The notes under the pieces: generated by a model
Told to the model about the DNA's origin: nothing
The model's input: only the letters and a program-made list of their open reading frames with translations
The model's database searches: none
Program-made: the position numbers and the translations under genes
NCBI GenBank assembly: GCA_965249485.1
Contig: OZ252239.1
Span: 1,088,001-1,152,000 of the forward strand
DNA: 64,000 nt
From: a bacterium
GTDB lineage: Bacteria; SM23-31
Direction of reading: 5' to 3'
Part shown: positions 1-11,172 of the stretch, one piece after another
How the letters are laid out: each line of letters starts with the position of its first letter
How positions within the stretch are numbered: the stretch's first letter is position 1

Positions 1-127
1 ATCACTAATAAAAATTTTTATTTATAAATGCTGAAAACATTTACTTTTTCAGTTTTTCCTTTTAACTCCAAATTTCCAATATTTTTGAATTTCATTACCT
101 GGACCTGCAGACCTGTGTTTAAGGTTG

Positions 128-1681
128 TCAGTCGAACTTCCTTACGATCTTGAATACATAGGCATGGTCACCGGGCCTCTCGGCCGGAGTCTTGATAGAA
201 AGACCACCACCCGCAATTTCCTTCCCTTCATGCCATAACCTACCGGTCCATTCTCCTTCGACCCATTTCCACTCCAGGGGCTGGCCGTCGCCCAGCATGG
301 TGATCTCTTGAATTTCATTCTCATACAATGGACCTAAACCATTTAAGCCCCTGTTAAATGTTTTTATCAAAATTTCTTCTCCCGGCCAGTCCAGAACAAT
401 AGCATACAGGGTATCCCCCTTAACTGTGAAACGGATATCCTCAGGTGTATATTCTTGTTCCTCACCCCGGAATTCTCCTTCTTCCATGGATGGCCCTTCA
501 CCCGCCTTGATCCATGCCGATGTCCCGTAGATAGCTTCCCCGTTGATATCGAGCCATTTGCCCATGCCCAGTAGTTTTTCCGCTGCCTCCTCCGGGATAC
601 TGCCATCCGCTTTGGGTCCTACATTCAGAAGGAGGTATCCGTTCTTGCTCACCCGGTCGACCAGGTTGTCCACCAGCGTGTTTACCGATTTGTAACTGGT
701 TCCCTCAACATATCCCCATCCGCCGTTGACATCGACATCGGTATCGGTGATCCACTCGTTGTATGTGAGTTTATGCTCCTGACCACCCTCAAGGTCCGTT
801 AAACCGGCAAGCGGCGGGATGTCATTGTCCTTGTATGTCAGGACCACCTCCTTGCCGTTCTTCAGGGCATTGTTATAATAATAGACAGTGACCTTCCTGT
901 AGTAGTCCTCGCGTACCAGCTCCAGGAAGGATTCGAACCAGATGAAATCCGGATCATACTTATCGATCACCTCCATGATTTTTCCGCTGTAGTGATCCAG
1001 CCATTCCTTTGTAGGTTCAACACCTTCTTCATGGATGAACCCGTACAATCCTGAATATTCCGGATTTGAACTATCATATCTTTCATCCCAGACTGGAAAG
1101 TAGAACCAGCTGGCAGAATGATGAAACGTGGTCACGAACTTCATGTCCCTTGCCTTAATAGCCTTTTCCAGTTCCCCCACGATATCTCTCTTTGGACCCA
1201 TTTTGGCAGCATTCCAGTCTGAATACCTAGTATCCCACATGGCGAAGCCGTCGTGGTGCTCGGCCACGGGTCCCGCGAACTTCGCACCGGCCCTGGCAAA
1301 AAGATCGGCCCATTCAGCGGCATCAAATTTTTCAGCTTTGAACATAGGGACAAGATCCTTATAGCCCACTCCGTCACTGAGTTTTCCGTACTTGCTTTCA
1401 AAGTCCTTCCGCTGCCAGTCATCGGGCCTGTTATAGACGTTATAAACATACCATGTGGCATTATCACCCATTGCGTGCACCGAATAAACTCCCCAGTGGG
1501 TGTAAATACCGAATTTCCCGTCCCGGAGCCATTGCGGGGTGGTATGCCGATTTAGGGAAACCCAGTCTGCTTCATATTTAGCGGAATTCAGGTCGGTCTT
1601 TTTCTCCGGACCCTCTGCCTGTTGACAGCCCAACACCATGACCAATATTAGGATTGCACATACAACGTGTCGAGTAGACAT
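128..1681 (-). CDS. Alpha-L-fucosidase, GH29 family, probable lipoprotein
   Basis: GH29 motifs KFGIYTHWGVYSV, AEHHDGFAMWD, VSKNGYLLLNVGP, NGEAIYGT; lipobox-like VLGC. Confidence 0.9.
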   Translation of the reverse strand: MSTRHVVCAILILVMVLGCQQAEGPEKKTDLNSAKYEADWVSLNRHTTPQWLRDGKFGIYTHWGVYSVHAMGDNATWYVYNVYNRPDDWQRKDFESKYGKLSDGVGYKDLVPMFKAEKFDAAEWADLFARAGAKFAGPVAEHHDGFAMWDTRYSDWNAAKMGPKRDIVGELEKAIKARDMKFVTTFHHSASWFYFPVWDERYDSSNPEYSGLYGFIHEEGVEPTKEWLDHYSGKIMEVIDKYDPDFIWFESFLELVREDYYRKVTVYYYNNALKNGKEVVLTYKDNDIPPLAGLTDLEGGQEHKLTYNEWITDTDVDVNGGWGYVEGTSYKSVNTLVDNLVDRVSKNGYLLLNVGPKADGSIPEEAAEKLLGMGKWLDINGEAIYGTSAWIKAGEGPSMEEGEFRGEEQEYTPEDIRFTVKGDTLYAIVLDWPGEEILIKTFNRGLNGLGPLYENEIQEITMLGDGQPLEWKWVEGEWTGRLWHEGKEIAGGGLSIKTPAERPGDHAYVFKIVRKFD

Positions 1682-1920
1682 AATTGATCCTCATTCATTT
1701 AATTTTATATTCCCCACATCAACTCTCTGAAAGAGATTAGTTGGGTTTTGGTTGTATTAAAATAAAAACGTAGCAAATGATTCTGAATATTACGATCGAA
1801 AAGATGGACAAATATTTGGTACTATGAAACTGGAGAATTGAAGGGAAATATTGCCACCGATTTATTTTAGGCCGGGATTTGTTTTGCACCGATGAAACCA
1901 TCACTGGCTCCTCGCCAAAA

Positions 1921-3399
1921 TTACCGGTTTCTCAGATCGCGGGGTAGCTTCAGCCAAGCTTCATCACTCTCATTGACATCCGTGTCCCCCAATTCCTGTC
2001 GCAAGCGTTCGAGTTCTGTTTTCAGTTCCGAAACCACAGAGGCATAGGCCGGATTGTTATACACGCTGTGCATTTCCGCCGGATCATTTTTCAGATCGAA
2101 TAAATCCCATTCATCATGAGCATGATAATAGATCAATTTATACTGGTCAGTGCGCACACCGAAGTGCGGCGGCGTATTGAAATGGGACCGATAGTAGCGG
2201 TAATACATCGACGTCCGCCAATCTGTCGGTGTGTCTCCTTCCAGAAAAGCCCGTGCGCTGCGCCCCTGCATATCTCCGGGGATGGTTACCCCGGCATAGT
2301 CCAACAATGTCGGTGCAAAATCAACATTGAGCATCATCACATCGCTGACACTGCCCGGTTTTGTGACACCAGGATATCGCATCAAAAACGGCATGCGCAG
2401 GGCTTCCTCGAACATGAACCGTTTGTCGTACCAGCCGTGCTCTCCGAGGAAAAAACCTTGATCGGCCGTATAAATGACTATGGTATTCTCCGTCAGTCCG
2501 TTATCGTCCAAGTAGTCGAGAACCCGCCCCACATTCTCATCGACCGATGCCACACAGCGCAAATAGGATTTTATATACTCCTGGTACTGGGCTTTTTTCC
2601 TGGCCACGCCCTGCAGGTGACCGGTCTTTTCCTCATAGATCGTATGCGAGCCGACGCCGATCCCCTGCTTGCTCTGCCCGACAGCATCGGCATGCCCCGT
2701 ATGATCGTCAAACAGGTTCGGCGGCTCGGGGATATCAACGCCCTCATATAAGTGCGCATGCTTTTCATCATATTCAAATGGGTCGTGCGGGGCCTTGTGC
2801 TGGTAGCACAAAAAAAACGGGCGCGTCGTATCGCGACGTTGTAGGAAATCCAGGGTAATGTCCGTGATAATGTCGGTCACATATCCCTGATGCTGTTTGC
2901 GCTCACTCATTTCAATGAACACGGGATCATTATATTCCCCCTGTTCCGGCAGCACATTCCAGTAATCGAAACCGGAAGGATCACGGTGCAAATGCCATTT
3001 GCCCACCATGGCCGTTTGATACCCCGCCTGCTGCAACAGTGTCTGCAGGGTGACGTGCCGCGGATCGAATTCGTTAAACCTGGTCGCACCATTGATGTGA
3101 CTGTACTTCCCGGTCAGAATGGATGCGCGACTCGGCGTGCAGATGGCGTTGGTGCAGAAGCAATTGTCCAGGCGGATACCATCGCGCGCAATGCGATCGA
3201 TCTGTGGTGTCCGGTTGATCCGGCTGTCGTAAGCGCCGATAGCGGGCGCCGCATGGTCGTCGGACATGATGAACAGAATATTGGGGCGGGAACGGTCCGA
3301 CGCTCCACAGTTGAACAATGGCAGGGACGTCATTGCCGCGCCGACGGCGAGTTGCCCGAGAAATCTTCGACGGCTAGATTTGATAACTTTAGTAGACAT
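1921..3399 (-). CDS. Formylglycine-type sulfatase with Tat (lipo)protein signal
   Basis: RPNILFIMSDDH, CTPSRASILTG (CxPxR), GKWHL, DQGFFLGEHG; N-terminal SRRRFL ... FNC. Confidence 0.93.
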   Translation of the reverse strand: MSTKVIKSSRRRFLGQLAVGAAMTSLPLFNCGASDRSRPNILFIMSDDHAAPAIGAYDSRINRTPQIDRIARDGIRLDNCFCTNAICTPSRASILTGKYSHINGATRFNEFDPRHVTLQTLLQQAGYQTAMVGKWHLHRDPSGFDYWNVLPEQGEYNDPVFIEMSERKQHQGYVTDIITDITLDFLQRRDTTRPFFLCYQHKAPHDPFEYDEKHAHLYEGVDIPEPPNLFDDHTGHADAVGQSKQGIGVGSHTIYEEKTGHLQGVARKKAQYQEYIKSYLRCVASVDENVGRVLDYLDDNGLTENTIVIYTADQGFFLGEHGWYDKRFMFEEALRMPFLMRYPGVTKPGSVSDVMMLNVDFAPTLLDYAGVTIPGDMQGRSARAFLEGDTPTDWRTSMYYRYYRSHFNTPPHFGVRTDQYKLIYYHAHDEWDLFDLKNDPAEMHSVYNNPAYASVVSELKTELERLRQELGDTDVNESDEAWLKLPRDLRNR

Positions 3400-3701
3400 G
3401 CATATCCTCGAAATATGACTTAAACATCATAGGGCCATACAAAAAAAACCGGTCAAGAATTCTCTGATAAACATGTAATCCAAGGTACTGTCTAATATCT
3501 TGATATCCAAATAGTTTGTATCTGGTTCATCGCATCTATCGAAAGAGTATTTCAGATAGGTGATCAACATGTATGCAATAGGTATTGGATTGGTGTTAGA
3601 TAGTGCACTATAAACAGAATTTGAACGATTTAGGAAAAGAAGAGACAAGTAAATCAGTGAAATTGGGAAGGATGATTGAGCTAACTTGTTGTTTTTATTA
3701 A

Positions 3702-3788
<87 letters not shown>

Positions 3789-3870
3789 AATAGATGTATC
3801 GATTTAGACATTTACTGTAGGTAGAATGCACAAAAAAAATGCTGTTGAACAACTTCTTAACAGCAGGCAC

Positions 3871-3899
3871 AAAATACAAAAAAATTGTGTCTGTTGCAA
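3871..3899 (-). promoter_or_regulatory. Sigma70-type promoter for tRNA-Leu
   Basis: Minus strand TTGCAA-N17-TATTTT. Confidence 0.55.
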
Positions 3900-4157
3900 C
3901 GGAGATTTATGTTAATACTTCTATTAATTACTTGTATTTCTCTCCTGAATTACCGTAATTCGTAATGAACCAATCATAATTTACAGCGGTTCACTACAGA
4001 AAACAGGAATCTTTATATTATCATGACAGGTTTCATTTATAGGTTTAATGTGCATTTCACTTTGGATAAAATGTTAGTTTTATATGAAGTAGTTAACGGC
4101 TATGGCAGCAGTAATTTAAGTGAAGATAAGAGCATGATTCTATAAGAAATTGCTTAG

Positions 4158-5339
4158 ATGAAACGAACCATAAATAAATTCTGCTTCAGCCACTTTATTT
4201 GCTGCATTGTTTTCTTTTCCGGACCGTATACGCTGTTCAGTCAGGTAAATTCACTCTTTTACCTCGAGGTCACGAATACCGAAGGCGACGAAATCGACGT
4301 GAACAATAACAGAGCAGGTGATAATGCTTTCAATCAGGTCCGGGGCAAACTGTTTCTGAACTCATGGTTATCCGACAGAATTGCTGTCTTTACCAAGGTT
4401 CTCTATGACGACGGTATTCGTGCAGATTCGGGCGGGAAAGTCCGGATCGACGGCGCCTATTTTTTGTTCGATCTCAATCCACAATTCAAGGCTAAAATCG
4501 GGAGAATTCCGATCTCAGTCGGCAATTTCCCGACGCGAAATTATCTCGAGCAAAATCCACTCATCGGATCGCCTCTTATTTACCAGTACCGGACATCTCT
4601 CCACTATAACGAAATTACCGATATCGATCAAACCTTGACCAACAGAGGACGGCGGAGGGGGATCGCATTTCTTTATGAGTCGTGCTGGGATGATGGTGCA
4701 GAATTATTCGGAAGTCATGCTATAATTGATTACAGTATTGGGGTGACGCAATCATCGGTCTTCAATCCACGTGCCTCATCGAAAGACGCTAAGCAGATCA
4801 TTGGCAGAGTCGGTCTCCGCCCCGTTATGGGTATGCGTCTCGGTGTCGGATATGCCCGCGCACCCTATGCAGACGGTGGAATCGATACTTATACTATTAG
4901 CACGAACGGTAGTCCGGATATCATCAGTGTGCCTCTCGACCGGGACATAAATGATTACACAGGTGAAATTGTTGTGACTGATTTCGAATATACCGCTGGA
5001 CATGTACAATTCTACTCCGAGTGGGTACGAACATGGTTCAAAGCTGGTCCCAACCTCGATGAACTGACAGCATCAGGTTACTATATTGAGGCACAGTATA
5101 CACTTACACCACAGCTCTTTGCAGCCGGACGGTTTGGTCAAATGATATTTGATGAGGTTGAGACGTCAACAGGTGCAATGGAACCATGGGACTACAATGT
5201 GAGTCGAATAGAATTAGGATTGGGTTATAAACTGACTCGTTCTATGGTCGTCAAAGGTGTCAGCCAATTCAACAAGTATGACGATGCTCCATTAGAGGGT
5301 ATTCAATTTTTTGCACTGCAGCTCCAAGCATTTTTCTAA
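4158..5339 (+). CDS. Outer-membrane beta-barrel (porin-like) protein, family uncertain
   Basis: Signal peptide, alternating amphipathic strands, C-terminal ALQLQAFF beta-signal. Confidence 0.75.
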   Translation: MKRTINKFCFSHFICCIVFFSGPYTLFSQVNSLFYLEVTNTEGDEIDVNNNRAGDNAFNQVRGKLFLNSWLSDRIAVFTKVLYDDGIRADSGGKVRIDGAYFLFDLNPQFKAKIGRIPISVGNFPTRNYLEQNPLIGSPLIYQYRTSLHYNEITDIDQTLTNRGRRRGIAFLYESCWDDGAELFGSHAIIDYSIGVTQSSVFNPRASSKDAKQIIGRVGLRPVMGMRLGVGYARAPYADGGIDTYTISTNGSPDIISVPLDRDINDYTGEIVVTDFEYTAGHVQFYSEWVRTWFKAGPNLDELTASGYYIEAQYTLTPQLFAAGRFGQMIFDEVETSTGAMEPWDYNVSRIELGLGYKLTRSMVVKGVSQFNKYDDAPLEGIQFFALQLQAFF

Positions 5340-5340
5340 T

Positions 5341-6022
5341 ATGAAAATGATACGAACAAACAGATTTTTTCTCGTTATTGCGGTTCTCGCTTTTGTAATG
5401 TTACAAGGTGCGGAAAAGCACATGCTCTATGCAAGTGATATTAAAGGAACCGTCATCATTGCCTCACCTGCTCCTTAGGACAGGTTGAGCGGTCTAAGTT
5501 TTCTCTACACAAAACCGTCTGAAATGAACCGTCAAGATGACCGGGGAATAGAGGTTGTCCTTTATATTAAAGAAGAATTCGAAAACGATCCGCCGGAACC
5601 GGTATCTAATGCTGCACTCCAACAGAAAAATAAGACCTTTGTGCCGCATGTATTGCCGGTAACGGTGGGTACATCTGTCGATTTTCCGAATATGGATAAT
5701 ATATATCATAAATGTATTTTCCTTAAGTAAGAGCAACGGATTTAAACTCGGCAGATATGCGTCGGGAAAATCGCAGCGGCACACGTTTAATAAACCGGGT
5801 GTCGTAGAGGTATTTTGTGACATCCATTCGCATATGCACGCCTATATCGTAGTCCTGCCGAACAGATACTATGCAAAAACGGATGTTGATGGCAGCTTTC
5901 TCATCAAGTATGTCCCGCCCGGGACTTATACGCTTGTCGCGTGGCACGAAACACTTTCCGAACAGGAACTGACGGTTACTGTCCCCGAATCCGGAGAAGT
6001 AACCATAACGGTAACTTTCTGA
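5341..6022 (+). CDS. Secreted cupredoxin (MauL-like) with carboxypeptidase-regulatory-like domain; interrupted by in-frame TAG (5476-5478) and a +1 frameshift near 5710
   Basis: Rejoined translation gives a signal peptide, FVPHVLPVTVGTSVDFPNMDNIYHNVFS and VEVFCDIHSHMHAYIVV (type-1 Cu ligands H...C-x2-H-x2-M), then PPGTYTLVAWHE. Confidence 0.75.
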
Positions 6023-6024
6023 TT

Positions 6025-7892
6025 ATGAAACTGCGAACAAAAATATTCTTGACGGCGGTTGTTCTCGTCTTCTGTATCATACTCTCGAGCTTTTTCTTTC
6101 TGAACTACCGGTTCTCGAACATTGTTAGAGAAACAATCCATGCCCACCTCAACGAAACCGGACTTGTTCTCATAAAAATCATCGAAGACAGACAGTTGTT
6201 CCTCAGGCTGTTGAGTGAGAATATCGCTGAAGCACCCCGAATGAAAGCTGCCGTAAGCATCATGGACCCGTTGACGGTTGAAGATGAGCTCCGTGAATTT
6301 GTGCAGATCAATGACAGAATTGACCTCTATATTGTAACAGATCCCAACCTCATCGTTCTGTCATTTCTCATTGACGGCGAACGAAGAGATGAAGAAGTCC
6401 TTGTTCCATTGTTTCAAATGTATTTCGATTCTATCGAAGAGAACCAGAAGCTGACCGATGTCTGGTTTATCAACAAGAACCTTTATCAGATTGCCGTATC
6501 AATTATCAAGAGCGGACCCAAAATACATGGTCTGCTCATTCTCGGAGACAGGGTTGACGATGAACTTGCCCTCAATCTTAAATATATGACCAATTCGGAC
6601 GTCAGTTTCATAGTGAATGAGTTTGTTCTCGGATCCACTATTGAAAACTTTGAACGGATACTCTTGCTTGAAGCCGTTGATGCGGCTGACAGAATTACTC
6701 CCGGAGGCATGAACTCAGGTCCGGAACAATTTATTAATACATTTGACCTCGATGATGCAGTCCATCTCTACATTAAAGGAAATTTTCCCGGTTATCCGCA
6801 GGCCAATTATTTCTTAAGCCAGTCGAATGATTCTGAAACCACGTTGCTCGGTGAACTCCGGCTCATTTTTATACTCGTTGGGATAAGCGCTGTTGCGGTT
6901 GTGTTTTTGTTTAGTTTTTTGTGGCTCGGCACTTAACACTCCCGCTTAACGATCTTATTGAAGGGTCTCAGGATATGGCAGACGGAAATTATGACCATGC
7001 TCTATCCACCATATTGCGGGAAGACAAAAGCAATGATGAGATTTCCAAACTTGCACTGAGTTTTGAACAGATGCGGTGCAGTATCCGGGATAATATCGAA
7101 AAAATAACGTCGTTGAATACGGAACTCGTTGATAAAAATAACGAGCTTGAAAAAGCGCTTGAAGACCTGAAAAAAGCGCAGGATGAGTTAATAAATTCGG
7201 AACGGATGTCAACCGTAGGGAAGATGGTAAGCACAATCATCCACGATTTTAAAAGTCCGATGCAAGTCATTAAAGGTATGACCCAGCTTATTTCGATGGG
7301 CAATATTGACGAAGAAAAGAGGAACGACCTCATAGCCTACATCAATAAGGCGATCGATCAGATGAATAATATGACCCACGATATTCTCGATTTTATCAAG
7401 GGCCGAAAAAATCTAAATCTCGAAACGGTAAAACTCTCAAAGGTAATAAACGAACTTCTTGTCTATATGTCGAATGACTTGCAGACCAATAATTTTCAAG
7501 TCACCCGGACTGTCGATTTTGATCCCGAAATGACAATCGATTTGTTCAAGATCAAAAGGGTGTTTGAAAATCTTGTTCGGAACGCAATCGAAGCTTCGGA
7601 AGGTGAAAATTCAATCAATATTACCTCTGAAAAATCCAATGGTAATGTCCGAACATTCATCCGTGATAACGGTCCTGGAATTCCTGCTGAAATAAAAGAT
7701 TCTCTCTTTGAGCCGTTCATAACGAAAGGAAAACCGCAAGGGACCGGATTGGGACTTGCTATAACGAAAAAACTGGTTGAAGACCATAAAGGAGCCATTG
7801 CAGTCAAATCGGAAATCGGAAAAGGGACTACGTTTATTATCGATTTACCATATGGTGAAAATGCAAAGAAATTGATAACGGAAGAGCCATGA
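6025..7892 (+). CDS. Membrane sensor histidine kinase (periplasmic sensor, HAMP, HisKA, HATPase); -1 frameshift at the T-run near 6915-6920
   Basis: Two TM helices flank a periplasmic domain; H-box IIHDFKSPM, N-box NLVRNAIEA, DNGPGI, GTGLGLAI; ORFs 5941-6936 and 6921-7892 join at a homopolymer. Confidence 0.88.
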
Positions 7893-8278
7893 CCAAGAAA
7901 AAAATTCTCATTGTTGACGATATTGAAGCATTAAGAAAACAAGCAATTTACAGCCTCGCGATTATCTATCCCAATGCTATGTTCATTGAAGCGGAAAACG
8001 GATTTGAGGCACTTGACAAACTAATCAAACACAAGCCCGATTTAATTCTCCTCGATATCGACATGCCGAAAATGAGTGGTATCGATGTACTGAAGCGGAT
8101 CAGGCGGAGTAGAGATGCAAAAATAAAAAAACTCCCTATCATCATGTTTACCGGAAATGTCGATAAAGAAACGGTTGATGAAATAATTAATCTCGGTGTC
8201 AATGGCTATCTCGTAAAACCGTTTGAGATCGACGCCCTCCTCGAAAAAGTTGACTGCTTCCTCAAAGATGATAAGTAA
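7889..8278 (+). CDS. Single-domain (CheY-like) response regulator
   Basis: ILIVDD, LILLDIDMP, KPF motifs; ATGA overlap with the kinase stop. Confidence 0.92.
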   Translation: MTKKKILIVDDIEALRKQAIYSLAIIYPNAMFIEAENGFEALDKLIKHKPDLILLDIDMPKMSGIDVLKRIRRSRDAKIKKLPIIMFTGNVDKETVDEIINLGVNGYLVKPFEIDALLEKVDCFLKDDK

Positions 8279-8459
8279 AGATGGAATTTGATATTGTTCT
8301 CGTCGAGTAAGTACTTACTGGTATTATCCCGCCGATTCAGTATGATACTCTTGTAATTTGGTCATAATAGTAGTATATTTTTCAATAATATAGAGGGATA
8401 CTGTTCGAATATTGTGTCCTGATGGTATACATGATTTATTATAGGACCGGAAAGAACAA

Positions 8460-11093
8460 ATGCTGCGGAAATTATCCATAAATCCGGAAGAAAATATCAT
8501 TAACGAGATTCTTGCACCTCTTGACGTTGAACTCCGAAAAAAAATTCTGAAGAATATCAAAGAAGCTCTCATTGCGAAAAGTGTACCGGTCAAGTCAAGT
8601 ACTGATATCCCCCATCTTGCCGAAGAACATCTGACACTGAAAGAGACGAAAACAATATTTCTCGATACTATCAGATTGGTACCGGCGGCAGCAGAAGATA
8701 CACGGATTCTCAAGGCAGAATATCTTGAAAAAAGGATATCACGAATAACAGGGGGTGATCAAAAATTAAGAAGGCAATTTGTACAGAATCTAACCCGGAC
8801 ACTACTGGAGATGGGACTTATTGACGACCAGGATGTTGAATCCTGGTCAAAACTGCCGGCTAAAGAGCGAAGATCAAAAGTATTTTACCAGGCAGCGAAT
8901 TACCTTTATTATTTGGAGCTCGAGGATGTTTTTACAACGATACTCGAACCGAAAGCTCACCTGACGGATATAGTTAAAGAGGTGCGGAATGTCGATGTCA
9001 TCAAGAACATGACGAACAGCGAGATTGTCGCATTTTTAGACCGGATACTGCTGCACGAAAAGGAGTTCAGTGATGTCGACAAGAAGGAGTTGTTGGAGAC
9101 AATAATCGATACATTCATTTCGAACCATCATTATTACAGAGTTTCCGCAGTAAAATATTTTTCACTCACAGACATCTACAATATACTTGTCAGACGGATA
9201 GGGCTGCCCGACCGTCAAGGGAAAATCGGGCAAAAGGCCGCTGGGATGATTCTGGCGTATAGAATTCTAACTACCGAAAAAAGCGATTTTTCAGACAAAG
9301 TGAAAATTCCCGAATCATATTATCTGACATCCGATGTATTTTTCGAATGTCAGCTTTCACACTCGTACAACTGGTCGACATTGAAGTACCGGTTCAGAGA
9401 CGGCCATATGACTGAGGAAGAACTTGAAGATGAATATCCTCTGCTCCGTCAGGCGCAGATGGAAACCGAAATGCCTGATATAATTAGGATTGAGCTTCGG
9501 AAAGTACTCGAAAAAGTCGGGCACGTTCCGGTCATTGTCCGGTCGTCAAGCTTGCTTGAAGACAGTGAAAGCTCCTTCAGTGGAAAATACGACAGCTTCT
9601 TTTATGCCAATCAGCCGCTGCATGATGATCCCGCACAGGATCTCGAACTCCGCGCAGACAAATTAATCGAGAAAATTTTTCAAGTCTATGTTTCGCTCGG
9701 AAAACCGGAAGTGCTCATTTACCGAAGAGAACGTGGACTTCTCGATGTTGATGAGCGGATGTCGGTACTGATTCAGACGGTTGAAGGCAGGCGGTATGGT
9801 AAATACTATCTGCCGGCTTTGTCGGGAGTTGGCCTTTCGCAAAATAACAGAGTTAATACAGAGCGGATAAAATGGGATGACCCGGTGCTCAGGATCGGTA
9901 TGGGACTTGGGACCGGAATCGTCGACATCAAGGGAAATCAAGTCAAAGTTGTCTATCCCGCGAATCCGGAGTTTTCCACAATTCTAGATTTTTATCAGAT
10001 ACTGAAATCGTCGCAGAAAAATACCGATGTGCTGAACCTCGAAAATGACACAGTTGAATCAATTCCAAAATCTGATTTATTTGAATATCTGAACAGCGAT
10101 GACTCGGACGATGAGAACATTCGTTATCTGAAAAAGGTTATGGGTGAATATTTTCTCTCTACAGCAGAAGTAGACTATTTAAAGGATGGAATCGGCCTGA
10201 ATATGAAGCTCGATCAGAATAAACATGTTGTCACGCTCGATGGCCTGAAAAAAACGGAATTTTATCCGATGTCGGAATGGATACTCAGGATTCTCAGTAA
10301 GAAATATGTTCCGGCTGATGTCGAATTTACGCTCAACCTGACCCCCTCTGAGATGTTGTCGGATGAAAACGCAAATAATGAACGGTTCACCTTGACGGTT
10401 CTTCAGTGTCGGCAATTGACCGGAACACTCGAACACGAAATCCATGCAATACCGGAAAACATGCCCGAGAAAAATGTTCTGGCCCTTGTTAATAAAGATG
10501 TGACCAACGGATATGTTCCGAATATAGGTTACATTGTCTATGTCGATCCCGATGAGTACTACAAACTCGATGAAACACAGATGCTTACAATTGCCCGCCT
10601 CATAGGTCAGATAAATTCCGCATTGAAAGGGCAGCGATTTATCTTGATCGGTCCCGGCAGATGGGGCAGTAGTTCTCCGTTTTATGGAATCAAAGCCACC
10701 TATTCGGAAATTTACAATACACTCGGCCTTATCGAGATATCGAAACTGCTCTCAGATGCATCGTATTCCGAACCGTCGCTTGGTTCACATTTTGGTAATG
10801 ATGTCCGTGAAAGCAATATTATTACCATGACAATTTATCCGGGAACGGGCGATTCTGTCTATCAAAGAAAAGTTCTTCAGAATAGCCAGAATCTTGTTGC
10901 GGAATTCTTTCAAGGCCATATTCTCGATGACTGGGTAACAGGTGTAGTACGTATTATCGATACAAAATCGATACCCTCGAAAAGTATTACCAAAGATAGA
11001 CAAGCGCTGCATATAATTGCCAATGCATCCGAATCAATTGGGATCATGTATCTTGGCGAAACGAAGCAGAAAGAAATCACCAAACCGATTTGA
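8460..11093 (+). CDS. PEP/pyruvate-binding (PPDK_N ATP-grasp) domain protein, PEP-synthase-like
   Basis: GKIGQKAAG, VRSSSLLED, FSGKYDS, GMGLG, LQCRQL, LIGPGRWGSS, PSLGSHF. Confidence 0.8.
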   Translation: MLRKLSINPEENIINEILAPLDVELRKKILKNIKEALIAKSVPVKSSTDIPHLAEEHLTLKETKTIFLDTIRLVPAAAEDTRILKAEYLEKRISRITGGDQKLRRQFVQNLTRTLLEMGLIDDQDVESWSKLPAKERRSKVFYQAANYLYYLELEDVFTTILEPKAHLTDIVKEVRNVDVIKNMTNSEIVAFLDRILLHEKEFSDVDKKELLETIIDTFISNHHYYRVSAVKYFSLTDIYNILVRRIGLPDRQGKIGQKAAGMILAYRILTTEKSDFSDKVKIPESYYLTSDVFFECQLSHSYNWSTLKYRFRDGHMTEEELEDEYPLLRQAQMETEMPDIIRIELRKVLEKVGHVPVIVRSSSLLEDSESSFSGKYDSFFYANQPLHDDPAQDLELRADKLIEKIFQVYVSLGKPEVLIYRRERGLLDVDERMSVLIQTVEGRRYGKYYLPALSGVGLSQNNRVNTERIKWDDPVLRIGMGLGTGIVDIKGNQVKVVYPANPEFSTILDFYQILKSSQKNTDVLNLENDTVESIPKSDLFEYLNSDDSDDENIRYLKKVMGEYFLSTAEVDYLKDGIGLNMKLDQNKHVVTLDGLKKTEFYPMSEWILRILSKKYVPADVEFTLNLTPSEMLSDENANNERFTLTVLQCRQLTGTLEHEIHAIPENMPEKNVLALVNKDVTNGYVPNIGYIVYVDPDEYYKLDETQMLTIARLIGQINSALKGQRFILIGPGRWGSSSPFYGIKATYSEIYNTLGLIEISKLLSDASYSEPSLGSHFGNDVRESNIITMTIYPGTGDSVYQRKVLQNSQNLVAEFFQGHILDDWVTGVVRIIDTKSIPSKSITKDRQALHIIANASESIGIMYLGETKQKEITKPI

Positions 11094-11172
11094 ACAGCCT
11101 GACAATGAATAGCTGGCACAATCTTCCATTTGTTGAGAAACGGTATATACACAGAAAACATCGGTATTTTTC

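Noticed and set aside
3427..3648. 73-aa ORF beside tRNA-Leu
   Set aside because: No recognisable motif or RBS; AT-rich intergenic sequence.
5476..5478. Genome-wide TAG recoding
   Set aside because: accA, porV, the DPM1-like gene and the porin end at TAG at their expected C-termini.
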